Assembly (NCBI GenBank): GCA_034440235.1
Contig: JAWXBR010000054.1
Coordinates: 73,131-137,130 of the forward strand
From: a bacterium
Lineage (GTDB): Bacteria; Bacteroidota; Ignavibacteria; Kapaibacteriales; Kapaibacteriaceae
DNA length: 64,000 nucleotides
Reading direction: 5' to 3'
The position numbers and the translations under genes were made by a program. Positions 20,051 through 30,517 of this stretch are shown piece by piece. The notes beneath the pieces were generated by a model, which saw only the letters and a list, made by a program, of their open reading frames with translations, did not search any database and had not been told where the DNA came from. How positions within the stretch are numbered: the first letter of the stretch is position 1; each line of letters opens with the position of its first letter.

Positions 20051-21574
20051 TTGATCGTTCGACTATTACTTCGACTCTTACTCTGCGCGTTCATTACAAG
20101 CGCAATGTTTGCTCAAGATGATGTTGCTACCGGACCGGGTTCGACACCCGTAAGTATGCGCATCGTCGGTGTAACCCGGACCCCCGATTCATTGCATCTG
20201 AGGGTTCTTCTTCTTGACAGCAACGACGCAATGGTGCGTTTGCTCGAAGGTGTCGGATCGTGGTCTGTAACCACCCGGTGCCGTGCCGAAAACGCAACTG
20301 CAAACACAGCCTCGGTTCGAGTGTCGGAACGCGTCGTAGACGATTTGCCCGGCATTGCCATGGTGGTCGTAAACAACGCTCTCATTGAAGGGGGCTATCC
20401 GCGTACCGCGGTTACGGCGCTGTCGACCATGCTAAGCCGCATGGCCGACAAGGATTCTGTTGGCGTGATGTTATTCGACGAAGGCTCGAATATTGTCGCT
20501 CCCCTGTCGACTCCTGCACTTGCCGCAGAGGCATTGAATACAGGAATCGAGAATCCCGACGGACTCGGCGCTGTGTACAGTGCGTTGTCTAGTGCGCTTA
20601 GTGCTGTTGGTACACAGAGCTCACCACTTCGGAGCATTATTCTATTTACATCCTCGGATGACAATGCTTCTGTCGTTCACACACCAGCCGATATCGTTCG
20701 TCGAGCGCGGCTGGCAGGAGTTCAAATACACATCGTACGCATTGGTTCGAATGCACAGGGCTACGTATACAGGTACATCGCTCATGCAACGGGTGGACGC
20801 CTTATGACCATCGATGCATCGCAAGTCTCAGAAGTTGGAACGATTGTACGCGACATTGTAAAGAGCATGCATCGCTATCATGACCTTGCAATTGCTACCC
20901 CATCTGAAAACTCATGCTCAGATGTTTGGGTACATGCAGGTTTTGCAGCAGCAGATCGCCAGCTCTCAGATTCTTTACTAGTACCGCTACAAGATCGCGC
21001 ATACCGGATACCATCGATTGTCGTGGCAACATTCCCGGACGACGAAGACGCATCCTTGCGTCGGTCGTATGGCACACTTGCTACGCTATCAGAACTCATG
21101 CTCTCAGATTCGTCTGTAAACATCGAGCTCATTGGACATGCTTCCCCAGGTCCTGGAAAAGAAGCAGCTACGAAATCCCTTCGCCGAGCTCAGGCTGTGT
21201 CCGATTTATTGGTTGCGTACGGAATACCTGCAAGCCGCATCCGCGTGCGTTCAGAGGGCTCTTCGCGTCCGATGTTCTACTTCCAACAGTCAGAGGCCCA
21301 GCGCGCATTAAACAACCGCGTTGAAATGCGTTGGCTTGTTGGCAACGAAATGCCTTACACGGTAAGTGTCGGTGACGTTACCTCAGAGGAACAGGCGAGC
21401 AAGGCCGTCGATAAATGGGAAGAGCGTGGCTTCAAGGCTTATTTCGACCCGTTCGTTGGGTCCGATGGACCTTCTTATAGAATTCGTTTGTGGGGATATG
21501 CGAGCGCTAACGAGGCTCAACGAGCAGCAGTCGACGCCCGAAAGCGTTTCAAGGTGAAGGCAACAGCCGATTAA
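20051..21574 (+). CDS. Secreted vWA-like / OmpA-domain / SPOR-domain protein
   Basis: Signal peptide (TTG start). vWA-like middle region. OmpA C-terminal-like motif (ELIGHASPGPG...SLRRAQAV...RIRVRSEG). Terminal SPOR-like region. Confidence 0.65.
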   Translation: MIVRLLLRLLLCAFITSAMFAQDDVATGPGSTPVSMRIVGVTRTPDSLHLRVLLLDSNDAMVRLLEGVGSWSVTTRCRAENATANTASVRVSERVVDDLPGIAMVVVNNALIEGGYPRTAVTALSTMLSRMADKDSVGVMLFDEGSNIVAPLSTPALAAEALNTGIENPDGLGAVYSALSSALSAVGTQSSPLRSIILFTSSDDNASVVHTPADIVRRARLAGVQIHIVRIGSNAQGYVYRYIAHATGGRLMTIDASQVSEVGTIVRDIVKSMHRYHDLAIATPSENSCSDVWVHAGFAAADRQLSDSLLVPLQDRAYRIPSIVVATFPDDEDASLRRSYGTLATLSELMLSDSSVNIELIGHASPGPGKEAATKSLRRAQAVSDLLVAYGIPASRIRVRSEGSSRPMFYFQQSEAQRALNNRVEMRWLVGNEMPYTVSVGDVTSEEQASKAVDKWEERGFKAYFDPFVGSDGPSYRIRLWGYASANEAQRAAVDARKRFKVKATAD

Positions 21575-21608
21575 TTTTTATGTTGTAACTAATGTTAGTA
21601 TATCGTTA

Positions 21609-22583
21609 CTAGGTCTCTACGTGCTTTTCGGCGTGTTGCAACGATTCGAGCCAACGCTCTGCATCTATTGCAGCCATACAACCAGAACCGGCAGCAGTTA
21701 CGGCCTGCCGATAGATGCTATCCTGTGCATCGCCACATGCGAATACACCTTCGATGTTTGTGCGCGACGACTTACCCTTCGTAATGATATAGCCCGTCTC
21801 GTCCATGTCTAACAACCCTTTTACGATGCCTGTGTTCGGTTGATGACCTATTGCAACAAAGGCTCCACCAGCCTCTACGGTTGCCACAGAGCCATCGGTA
21901 GCATGCTTTAAGCGCAAGTGTGTAAGCTTACGTGCTTGACCTTCGGTAACACCTACAAACTCTTCGACAATGGTGTTCAATTGAAAAGTAATCTTTGGAT
22001 TGGCGCGCGCACGATCGACCATAATTTTAGATGCGCGGAACTCTTCTCGTCTATGAATGAGAGTGACGTGTTCTGCAAAACGTGTAAGGTAGATGGCTTC
22101 TTCCATTGCCGTATCGCCACCACCAATCACAAACACCTTCTGTCCCTTAAAGAAAAACCCATCACATGTTGCACATGCACTCACACCAAATCCCATGTAC
22201 TCGTTCTCACCTGGTGCGCCAAGCAGCTTCGCCTGTGCACCTGTAGCAATGATCAATGCATCTGCAGTGTATTCGACGTTGCTTTCGTTCCACACTTTGA
22301 ACGGACGTTTACTTGCGTCGATGCGCGCTATCATTTCGAATTTTGATACGGCACCAAAACGTTGCACTTGCTTGCGCATGACGTCCATGAGTTCCGGACC
22401 CATAATGCCATGCTCGAAACCCGGGTAGTTTTCTACATCCGTTGTTATCGTAAGCTGTCCACCAGGTTGCATGCCCTCAAACAGCAGTACGCTTAGGCTT
22501 GCACGGCTTGCGTACAGAGCTGCAGTAAAACCTGCTGGACCAGATCCGATGATGATAACGTTAGCGTGGTTGGTGGTGGGCAT
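21609..22583 (-). CDS. trxB: Thioredoxin-disulfide reductase
   Basis: IIIGSGPAGFTAALYA, redox CATCDG, VIGGGDTAMEEA. Confidence 0.9.
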   Translation of the reverse strand: MPTTNHANVIIIGSGPAGFTAALYASRASLSVLLFEGMQPGGQLTITTDVENYPGFEHGIMGPELMDVMRKQVQRFGAVSKFEMIARIDASKRPFKVWNESNVEYTADALIIATGAQAKLLGAPGENEYMGFGVSACATCDGFFFKGQKVFVIGGGDTAMEEAIYLTRFAEHVTLIHRREEFRASKIMVDRARANPKITFQLNTIVEEFVGVTEGQARKLTHLRLKHATDGSVATVEAGGAFVAIGHQPNTGIVKGLLDMDETGYIITKGKSSRTNIEGVFACGDAQDSIYRQAVTAAGSGCMAAIDAERWLESLQHAEKHVET

Positions 22584-23547
22584 CGTCGTCTTTCCTCTTT
22601 TTCGATAGCAACGCGCGTGCGTTGCGCTGTAGTCCTGCGAGTTTAGTCCGCTTTATGGGACTTTTCCGAAATCTCTCGGTGAATTCGTCCGGTTGCAAAC
22701 TTACGATGCTGTCTACTGGAAGGAATGTCTGATTCTGTCGGGGTTCGAATCGCGCCTCCTCAGACGGCTTACTAAACCGATTCCAAGGGCATACATCCTG
22801 GCAGACATCACAACCAAAAGCCCATCCGTCCATGTTTTCTGCAATGACTCTGGGTATTTCAACATCCGGCTTTGCTTCAATTGTCCAATACGATAAACAT
22901 TTCGAGCCGTCTACGACGTATGGTTCGACAATGGCTTGTGTCGGACATGCCTGCATACACGCAGTGCAGGTTCCGCAGTAGTCAATGGCCGGCTCACCAG
23001 CTTCCAGCTCGGCACTTGTAACTACAAGGCCAAGAAAAAACCACGATCCTATATCACGTCGCAAAACATTCGAGTGTTTACCCTGCCATGCAAGACCGGC
23101 ACGCGCAGCCCAGGCTTTCTCCATCACCGGACCTGTATCGGTGTATCGCCTGGTTTCGCTACTGGGTACAATGCTCTTGATTTGTTCGCATAGTTTATCA
23201 AGCATCGGCGGCAGTACATCGTGGTAATCATCGCCCCATGCATAGCGCGAAATTTTTCCGTCAACATCTGGATGTTTGTGCAAGGTGTTGTAGTTGCGAG
23301 CTACGACAATTACACTCTGCGCCGAAGGAAGGATGTGACGGACGTCATGGCGCGACGGACGCTCGTCCAGGTAGCCCATAGACCCCTGATAGCCCCTTGC
23401 CAGCCACGTGTTGTAGTGTGCGTACTCTTCGTCGAGAGGAACGGCGCGTGTTATGCCTACTGCATCAAAGCCGATGTTTAGCGCGGCCTGCTTTACGAGC
23501 TCTGCACGCTCACGCAGCGCTGTCGTCGAAGAACTCTGCACGTTCAC
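22561..23547 (-). CDS. queG: tRNA epoxyqueuosine(34) reductase QueG
   Basis: 4Fe-4S ferredoxin motifs CGTCTACMQACP and CDVCQDVCPWN. Overall QueG architecture. Confidence 0.8.
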   Translation of the reverse strand: MNVQSSSTTALRERAELVKQAALNIGFDAVGITRAVPLDEEYAHYNTWLARGYQGSMGYLDERPSRHDVRHILPSAQSVIVVARNYNTLHKHPDVDGKISRYAWGDDYHDVLPPMLDKLCEQIKSIVPSSETRRYTDTGPVMEKAWAARAGLAWQGKHSNVLRRDIGSWFFLGLVVTSAELEAGEPAIDYCGTCTACMQACPTQAIVEPYVVDGSKCLSYWTIEAKPDVEIPRVIAENMDGWAFGCDVCQDVCPWNRFSKPSEEARFEPRQNQTFLPVDSIVSLQPDEFTERFRKSPIKRTKLAGLQRNARALLSKKRKDDDAHHQPR

Positions 23548-24245
23548 GCAGGGTTGTCGTAAATAAATTGTCGGATGTGATGTACTAGCGTGTCTACATC
23601 CACGCGTTCAATCGGATGTTTTGTTGCGGGCAACACCGCAAGCTCTGCACGAGGTGTGGCGCGATAAAATTCAACGGTCTCGTCTATGCTCACCATCGAA
23701 TCGCAATCGCCCACCATGTAACGAACAGACGACTGCATGGTGCTCATCGACGATGGTGTGAGCAGGGGCTGCGCCGCAAGGGTCTGCATCATCGCAGAGG
23801 TTTTCGTGAGCATCGTGCGCCAGTGTGCGTCACCATGCCTACGCTGCAGATCTGCAGCAAACGCTGGGACCTTCGTTGCTACGACGTCGGGCTGCATGCG
23901 AGCAACCTCTGTGGCGGCGCCCTGTGGGGTCCAGACGAGCTTGGTACCGAGCGTAATGATGCGCGGACACAATGCATGGCCACCATTTAACGCAAGGTGC
24001 AATGCCACATAACCGCCCATCGAATATCCAAAGATTGCGTGGGGCTCGTGTTCACGCAGATAACGTTCGAGTTGTTGAGAGTACAACTCTATTGTCCAGC
24101 CGGCTTCTACATCTGCCGTACTTCCGTGGCCAACAAATTCAAGTATGTCTACATTATTGCGAGGTAGCTCGTCGCGTAAGCAATCACGAAGTGGCATCAG
24201 TTGGTGATGACTTCCAAGTGCACCATGCAATAGAAGTAGTCGCAT
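23544..24245 (-). CDS. Alpha/beta-fold hydrolase
   Basis: LLLLHGALGS and nucleophile elbow GYSMGG. Confidence 0.6.
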   Translation of the reverse strand: MRLLLLHGALGSHHQLMPLRDCLRDELPRNNVDILEFVGHGSTADVEAGWTIELYSQQLERYLREHEPHAIFGYSMGGYVALHLALNGGHALCPRIITLGTKLVWTPQGAATEVARMQPDVVATKVPAFAADLQRRHGDAHWRTMLTKTSAMMQTLAAQPLLTPSSMSTMQSSVRYMVGDCDSMVSIDETVEFYRATPRAELAVLPATKHPIERVDVDTLVHHIRQFIYDNPA

Positions 24246-24886
24246 TAGAAACCAGCATTAATCGTTGACGCGATTTCACGTGGATGGTTAACACACAACG
24301 TTGCTTCAGAGAGTTCATCGGCAGTACCATATCCGTACAACACACCAATAGACCGCAAACCGTTGTGCGAAGCGCCGTCAACGTCATGATGGCGGTCACC
24401 CACCATAATCATGTCCTCGGCCGATGCACCCTCTTGATCGAGGATGTGTTTTAGCAAATCGCGTTTCTCGACATTACGTCCGTCGAGTTCAGAGCCATAC
24501 ACATGGTTGATCTGCGATGCAATTGTCGACGAGGCGATTACTTCGCGTGCGTACTCGTGCGCCTTTGCTGTTGCAATTACGACACGATGGCCAGCATGAC
24601 GTAATGCAGTAAGCATGTCAGGGATGCCCTCGTAGATATCGTACTCGAACATTGGTCCGTCGCGATAGATGTGCCTATAACGCGCAACTGCTCCGTCGAG
24701 CACCGTTTGGTCGTCGGTGTTCAGGTATTGTTCGAATATCGTCCAGAGCGACGTGCCAATCACGGGCGTAAAGTCGTGATCTTCTTCAACGCTTACACCC
24801 GATTGCTCGAGGGTCATGCGTAGCGAATGTTCAATGCCTCGACGCGAGTCGATGAGCGTGCCGTCCAAGTCGAATAAAACAAGCAT
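24245..24886 (-). CDS. HAD-family hydrolase (phosphatase)
   Basis: Motif I LFDLDGTLIDS, motif III/IV GDRHHDVD. Confidence 0.7.
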   Translation of the reverse strand: MLVLFDLDGTLIDSRRGIEHSLRMTLEQSGVSVEEDHDFTPVIGTSLWTIFEQYLNTDDQTVLDGAVARYRHIYRDGPMFEYDIYEGIPDMLTALRHAGHRVVIATAKAHEYAREVIASSTIASQINHVYGSELDGRNVEKRDLLKHILDQEGASAEDMIMVGDRHHDVDGASHNGLRSIGVLYGYGTADELSEATLCVNHPREIASTINAGF

Positions 24887-24895
24887 GAGAGTTCC

Positions 24896-25525
24896 TTATA
24901 GATCGGGGACGACAACTATGTCGAGCGATGGTGAAATAGCAAGACGTCGAAATCCTTCGGCAATATCACCTTCATACACTAGTGTAGGATTCGCAAGTGC
25001 CGATGCTCGCCACGATACGCGAATCAATCCGTCTGTCATATCACACTGCGGCTCTGGGTCGCCGAACTCTTCGATGATGAAGAAACCAGCCTTCTCGCCC
25101 CACGCTCGCGCAACCTGAATGTCATCGACATGAATTGCCAATGCCTCAAGATACCCCAGCTCGCCATTGCCTTCATGAGAAATTCGCGGCAGGTCTAACA
25201 AATGGTGGTCGAGCACCTCAGCTATGATGCCACCCGGCATCGGAACTGTAAGCGCAGTTCCGCTGGCATTGGCCTCGTATGGCACACCTTTGTCGCGCAG
25301 CTTTTGTGCCACACGCTCAACCGACCCCGTTGTATAGGTAAGGCGCACCGAGGGGGCTGCCTCTTCTGTAACACGGACCATGATTTGGCCGTCGGAGACT
25401 ACGCCGTCTGGACCTTCGCAGTCTACAAAGCCACATTCTTCCCATTTATCCAAGGCAGCTTCGACATCGTCTGAAGCCACTGTAACTGCTGCCGATGAAC
25501 CTAGAATTGCCACGGTAATCCTTAA
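24896..25525 (-). CDS. Hypothetical protein, possibly VOC/glyoxalase-fold; start uncertain
   Basis: The ORF-track extension overlaps ychF in another frame, so the true start must lie near or below 25525 (non-ATG) or at 25381 (ATG). Confidence 0.35.
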   Translation of the reverse strand, partial: LRITVAILGSSAAVTVASDDVEAALDKWEECGFVDCEGPDGVVSDGQIMVRVTEEAAPSVRLTYTTGSVERVAQKLRDKGVPYEANASGTALTVPMPGGIIAEVLDHHLLDLPRISHEGNGELGYLEALAIHVDDIQVARAWGEKAGFFIIEEFGDPEPQCDMTDGLIRVSWRASALANPTLVYEGDIAEGFRRLAISPSLDIVVVPDL

Positions 25526-26616
25526 GAGCTTACTCTGAAGTACATGATATCGCCATCCTTGACGATATACTCCTTGCCTTCGACGCGGTACATACCCGCA
25601 TCCTTCACTGCCTGCTCGCTGCCAAGGCGATCCCAGTCTGGGTACGCCATTACTTCTGCGCGGATGAAGCCCTTCTCGAAGTCTGTGTGAATTTCTGCTG
25701 CCGCTTGCGGACCTGTACTGCCTTTGCGTACCGTCCATGCACGCGTCTCCTTCTTTCCTGCCGTAAAGTACGTAAGGAGTCCGAGCAGCGCATACGCCTC
25801 ACGAATTACGCGGTTTAGTCCAGGTTCACTCATCCCCATGTCCGTCAGAAATGTTTCGCGATCGGCTTCATCGAGCAACGCAATCTCCGATTCAATCTTG
25901 GCGCAAATAGGCACAACAAGTGCGCCTTCTTCTTGCGCGCGTTTACGGACTGCATCGAGGTGCACGTTGCCCGAAGCCATGCCGTCCTCGTCGGTGTTGG
26001 CTATGTACATCACGGGTTTGTCTGTAAGAAGCTGGAGCTGACGAATGAGCGGCGCAACTTTTTCATCACGATAAAATCCTCGTGCCGACTTGCCGCTGTC
26101 GAGATGCGCACGCAAAGCCGACAGCAACTCGTGCTCTTCCTTGGCATCCTTGTCATTCGAGCGCGCCTTTTTCTGCACCGAATCAATGCGCTTGTCTACA
26201 GTCTCGACATCTTTTAGGATGAGCTCGGTATCGATGATATCGATATCATGAATGGGGTTTACACCACCATGTACGTGCACAACGTTGTCGTCGGCGAAAC
26301 ACCGCACGACATGCGCAACAGCATCACACGACCGAATGTTCATCAGGAACTGATTGCCAAGCCCCTCGCCAGAGGCGGCCCCTTTCACGAGACCTGCAAT
26401 ATCGACGAACTCTACCGTTGCTGGTACCTCTCGATCTGTCTGGTACGCAACGCTTAGTTTTTTAAGACGAAGATCTGGCACATTTACAACGCCAACATTT
26501 GGGTCGATTGTGCAGAACGGGTAATTCGAGGCGTCAGCTTCGTTCGAGGTGAGTGCGTTAAAGAGTGTTGATTTGCCGACGTTTGGAAGGCCGACGATGC
26601 CGCAGGCAATGCCCAT
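25522..26616 (-). CDS. ychF: Ribosome-binding ATPase YchF
   Basis: P-loop GIVGLPNVGKSTLFNALT, DIAGLV, NTDED, C-terminal TGS domain. Confidence 0.9.
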   Translation of the reverse strand: MGIACGIVGLPNVGKSTLFNALTSNEADASNYPFCTIDPNVGVVNVPDLRLKKLSVAYQTDREVPATVEFVDIAGLVKGAASGEGLGNQFLMNIRSCDAVAHVVRCFADDNVVHVHGGVNPIHDIDIIDTELILKDVETVDKRIDSVQKKARSNDKDAKEEHELLSALRAHLDSGKSARGFYRDEKVAPLIRQLQLLTDKPVMYIANTDEDGMASGNVHLDAVRKRAQEEGALVVPICAKIESEIALLDEADRETFLTDMGMSEPGLNRVIREAYALLGLLTYFTAGKKETRAWTVRKGSTGPQAAAEIHTDFEKGFIRAEVMAYPDWDRLGSEQAVKDAGMYRVEGKEYIVKDGDIMYFRVSS

Positions 26617-26683
26617 GTGTTTCTATCTGGATCGGGGTGAACATATATGTCCCACAAAAATACGACGGGTCGGTCCTGAGACC

Positions 26684-28459
26684 CTACGCTATTTTCTGTA
26701 GGTGGGTAGAGAGGCTTTCAGAGGCCGCAAGCCCTAGTTTCTTGCGGATTCTGTACCGAATAATATCAACACTCTGCGAACCCATCGTAAGAATGTTTGC
26801 AATCTCCTTCGATGAAAGATTGAGCTTGAGGAGGCTGGCAATTTTTAGTTCGGTCGCAGTTAGCGATGGACATTTTTCTGTCAGTGCCTTCAAAAATCCG
26901 TCGTGTACGTCCTTAAGCTGTTCGACGAGCTTCTTCCAGTCTTCTCCCGTTCTTCTATACATGTCGAGTCGGCGAAGCACTTCCTGAAGTAATGTAGGAC
27001 GCTGCGAAGGGGCTGCTTTAAGGGTCCGTTGGATATCAGATTCAATAAACGATATCAAATCGTTCTTCTGCGCAACAGACACAGCAGAAATGTTGAGTTC
27101 GCGCGTGCGTGCTTCGAGTTCGTATTGCAGACGTTCATTCTGAAGTCGAACGACGGTATGCTCACGTTCAACGCGTTCGACATCGAGCCGTAACTGAAGT
27201 GCTTGACTGTGTCGTGCATGTACACGGTCTTCCGAGCGCAGGTGCAGTTGTTGGGACGAGCGACTGTGCTTCAACGCCTTGTCTAAGGCCCCTGCCTCTT
27301 CGTACACCGAAGCCAGAAGGTGATGCGCCACAGAAGCTGCACGAAAAACTTCATGCTTTTCAGCAAGGGCAATTGCAGCCTTAAGGTGTCGAATTGCTGC
27401 TGCCTGTTGTTTGGCTTGTATGGCAATCTCGGCAAGCACACGTTCGATGTTGATATGCAAAGAGTAATTGTCGGACTGCTTTGCGCGGACTACCGCAGTC
27501 TTCATTAAGGCATGTGCTTCTGCTCCTCGTTTACGCTTCGATGCCGCATCAGCAAGTGTGATAAGACAATCAACCTCGCGATCGATGTCCTGCAATGCAA
27601 TGAAGATTTCCATTGCCTCTCGAGCAAATTCTGTAGCCTGAACGTATGCTCGTCTGTCGAAGTATAGTTGACTTAGATAAAGCAACGACCGTGCCTTACC
27701 GTCGCGATCATGCAATTCCGAAAGTACAGCCAACGATTCTGTATAGTAGGCAAGAGCAGTATCGAGTTGTCCCATTGCACGGAAGACACGTCCAAGGTTG
27801 CACAGCGTAAGTCCGACGCCCATCATGTCTCTATTTACACGGTGCAATTCAAGGCTGCGTCGCGACCACTCGATAGCCTTTTCGTCGTCGCCAATGTTTA
27901 CATAGACCTCTGCGATATTGCCAATTGCCATAGCCCGCATAAGATGGTCGTCGCGTCGATCGGCAATCGTAAGACTTTCGACATATGCCTTCAACGAATC
28001 CGAATTCTGATCGAGCACGGCATAGGTCGAACCAATGTTGAGAAGTACCTGCGTGAGAATTGCTTCGTCGTTTTGTTTTCGCAGAATTGTTTCGGCCTGA
28101 CGAAACGCAGCAAGTGCCTCGACATATCTGCCAAGCCCCTTTAGTGCGAGCCCCATGTTTTGAAGAGCTCGTGATGTACCAGAGGCGTCACCGAGTTTGC
28201 GATAAAGTGGCAGCGTACGTACAAAAACCGCATTGGCGGCGGCAAAATCGTGCTTTGCGTAGAGGCAGAGCCCTACCATACGCATTGCATGAATCTCGCG
28301 CTCGCGAAGTCCTGCAGCCTTTGCAACACGCTGTGCCTGCCGAGCAAACTCTATCGCTTCGTCCGGCTGCCGGTACTGAATATCACGGCACGCCTGCAGC
28401 AGAAGCTCTACCCGCTTGGCTGGACTGCGCTCCGTTGGTGGCTTTTTGTCTGATGACAT
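26684..28459 (-). CDS. Tetratricopeptide-repeat protein with C-terminal LuxR/GerE-type HTH (putative transcriptional regulator)
   Basis: Multiple TPR-like helical repeats, a coiled-coil segment, and C-terminal LTATELKIASLLKLNLSSKEIANIL...IIRYRIRKKLGL, which is a LuxR-family HTH. Confidence 0.7.
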   Translation of the reverse strand: MSSDKKPPTERSPAKRVELLLQACRDIQYRQPDEAIEFARQAQRVAKAAGLREREIHAMRMVGLCLYAKHDFAAANAVFVRTLPLYRKLGDASGTSRALQNMGLALKGLGRYVEALAAFRQAETILRKQNDEAILTQVLLNIGSTYAVLDQNSDSLKAYVESLTIADRRDDHLMRAMAIGNIAEVYVNIGDDEKAIEWSRRSLELHRVNRDMMGVGLTLCNLGRVFRAMGQLDTALAYYTESLAVLSELHDRDGKARSLLYLSQLYFDRRAYVQATEFAREAMEIFIALQDIDREVDCLITLADAASKRKRGAEAHALMKTAVVRAKQSDNYSLHINIERVLAEIAIQAKQQAAAIRHLKAAIALAEKHEVFRAASVAHHLLASVYEEAGALDKALKHSRSSQQLHLRSEDRVHARHSQALQLRLDVERVEREHTVVRLQNERLQYELEARTRELNISAVSVAQKNDLISFIESDIQRTLKAAPSQRPTLLQEVLRRLDMYRRTGEDWKKLVEQLKDVHDGFLKALTEKCPSLTATELKIASLLKLNLSSKEIANILTMGSQSVDIIRYRIRKKLGLAASESLSTHLQKIA

Positions 28460-28563
28460 ACCACAATGTAAGAGAACCGAGAGAGACGACAGCTAAGAAA
28501 CTGTATAGATGATTCCTGCCCCAGCATTTGCGATGTTTGTTGCGAACCAAGCATGAGGCAGAC

Positions 28564-29643
28564 ATGGGTGGAAGAATAAAAACACCGCTTTACATCGTTC
28601 TATTTTTCGGTTGCAGCATTATTGCTGCTGCCCAACCGCGACTTGACCGACGTACGCTGCCAACACCCTCAAAGAGCTTTGTGCTCGGTATTGCGGACAC
28701 TGTTGGGGTGAAGGTTGGGGCCGCTGGACGTAATGTTTTCTGGGACTTTACGCAACTACGACGTCGCGTTGGGGTCGATTCAACCCGTATTCAATACCTA
28801 ACTCCAGCCGAAACACCACCACAGGCCGCAGCACTATTCCCAACGGCAGAAGTTGCCGTTCTGAGAGATCAGCGCTATGAGTTCTTTCGAACGGAGGGCA
28901 CAATGTTTCGCTCTCTTGGTGAATGGGCCCCTACATCGTCACTTATTTCTGGAACTGCTAATCCGTACGACACACGTCCAGTCGAATTAACACATGGCGG
29001 ACAGCATACCGACGATTTCAATGCAATCATTACCTCGCCAACGGCACCCTTGGTGCAGCAACGTTCGGGGACGGTTAGCTTTACCTACGACGGTTTTGGG
29101 CGCCTTCGTCTACCGAATGGTGAGGTCGACAGCGTTACACGCACGCGGACGATTACGCGCGTTGCCGACACTGCGCGGTTTACCGAACCCGTGGTTCGTT
29201 TGGTTATCCGAACAACAGATGTCGAATCATACCGCTGGATGCACATCGCTTCTGATGTTCCCTGGCTCATCGCAACCTTTACAACTTCTCGTGTGACTGC
29301 AAACGGAAAACCGGTATCGTCGATCACTACGCGCGAATTCTTGTTCAGAGACACCGTTAACTCGACAACAGGTATAGACGAGGTGTTAGCGTTGGATGAC
29401 AATTACACTCTGCATCCAAACCCGGCAAGAAGTAATGAGCAGGTTGTTGTGCGCCGAATCGACACCGAAGTAGTTGGTGCTACTCTTGTGAATGTACAAG
29501 GCATCACGCACGACGTAGTGGTAACACGAGCCGATAAAGTGTCATCAACTGTGCGCCTCGACAACGTTGCTGCAGGTTCGTACGTGCTTGTACTGCAGAC
29601 TGCAACGGGCCTTGAACACTATCGATTAGTTGTCATGCCGTAG
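28564..29643 (+). CDS. Secreted protein with T9SS type-A C-terminal sorting domain
   Basis: Signal peptide after the ATG at 28564. C-terminal LHPNPARSNEQVVV...GSYVLVLQTATG matches the T9SS C-terminal domain pattern. Confidence 0.6.
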   Translation: MGGRIKTPLYIVLFFGCSIIAAAQPRLDRRTLPTPSKSFVLGIADTVGVKVGAAGRNVFWDFTQLRRRVGVDSTRIQYLTPAETPPQAAALFPTAEVAVLRDQRYEFFRTEGTMFRSLGEWAPTSSLISGTANPYDTRPVELTHGGQHTDDFNAIITSPTAPLVQQRSGTVSFTYDGFGRLRLPNGEVDSVTRTRTITRVADTARFTEPVVRLVIRTTDVESYRWMHIASDVPWLIATFTTSRVTANGKPVSSITTREFLFRDTVNSTTGIDEVLALDDNYTLHPNPARSNEQVVVRRIDTEVVGATLVNVQGITHDVVVTRADKVSSTVRLDNVAAGSYVLVLQTATGLEHYRLVVMP

Positions 29644-29680
29644 TGGTACCGGTAGTCGAAACAATCTTGACAGTCGCAAT

Positions 29681-30517
29681 TCAAAATTTGAATTGTACAC
29701 CGAAGCCCAAGTAAGAATCGGCTTGGTCGAAGTACATGCCGTGCATGCTGCGTCCGTTGTACCCATACGCCGAAATCAGAACACCCCTCTCATGGTTGTC
29801 GAAGTCGACGTACACACCAATCTGAGCCGCTTGTATAGTTACATAGCGGTCGCTGATGCCAATCATTCTCCAGTCATAACCCGCATGCAGGAATATCTTA
29901 TCTTTTTTTAGTGGTAGCTCTATGTCTAACCCGACTTGAGGAATGAAGCAATTTGAACGACTTGGTTGTGTCGCCATCAACAGAGTTCCACCTGCATAGA
30001 CGAAAACTTCAGGCAAGACGCGAAGCGATCCTAGAAGCTCTAAAAATTCGCGGCTATACACAAAGGGTCGTTGTGCCGTGAAGGTTGCCGATGTGTCAGC
30101 CGAACCATCAACGAGATGCGAAGAGATGTGCGCTGCTCGTAAGCGAATTGCGAATCGATCGACTGGTTCGTATGATGCGTTGACGCCAAACCAGTAATCG
30201 ATGGTTTCCACGGGGAACTTGAAGTTGTGCTCTGAGCGTAGCCGCGTAAACGTCATAAAATCTGCACCAACCGTCAAGCTAGGTCGCGCAGAATCTACAG
30301 TAACATCAAACAGATCAAATGAGGCGCCGATGTCCAGACGCAATTTCCTTTGTGCTGGCTGCAGTACCGTAGCAATGCGTGCCTCATATACACTTGCTGT
30401 CGGAGTTCGAAACCGGGTGTCAGTGGCGCCAAGTACAACACATTGGCCCAAAACAAACGTTAGGCATGCGAGGAAAGGTAGACGCCGCGTTTTGACGAAC
30501 GAATAAATGCTATACAC
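29681..30517 (-). CDS. Hypothetical outer-membrane beta-barrel protein
   Basis: Signal peptide, alternating amphipathic beta strands, C-terminal ...GFGVQFKF ending in aromatic F. 58-bp overlap with the lpxA 3' end, so the start is uncertain. Confidence 0.45.
   Translation of the reverse strand: MYSIYSFVKTRRLPFLACLTFVLGQCVVLGATDTRFRTPTASVYEARIATVLQPAQRKLRLDIGASFDLFDVTVDSARPSLTVGADFMTFTRLRSEHNFKFPVETIDYWFGVNASYEPVDRFAIRLRAAHISSHLVDGSADTSATFTAQRPFVYSREFLELLGSLRVLPEVFVYAGGTLLMATQPSRSNCFIPQVGLDIELPLKKDKIFLHAGYDWRMIGISDRYVTIQAAQIGVYVDFDNHERGVLISAYGYNGRSMHGMYFDQADSYLGFGVQFKF

Noticed and set aside
29678-29696. AT-rich near-palindrome CAATTCAAA-A-TTTGAATTG at the OMP gene stop
   Set aside because: It overlaps the last codons of the gene, has a weak AT stem and no flanking T-tract. 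It is probably coincidental or at most a weak shared terminator.
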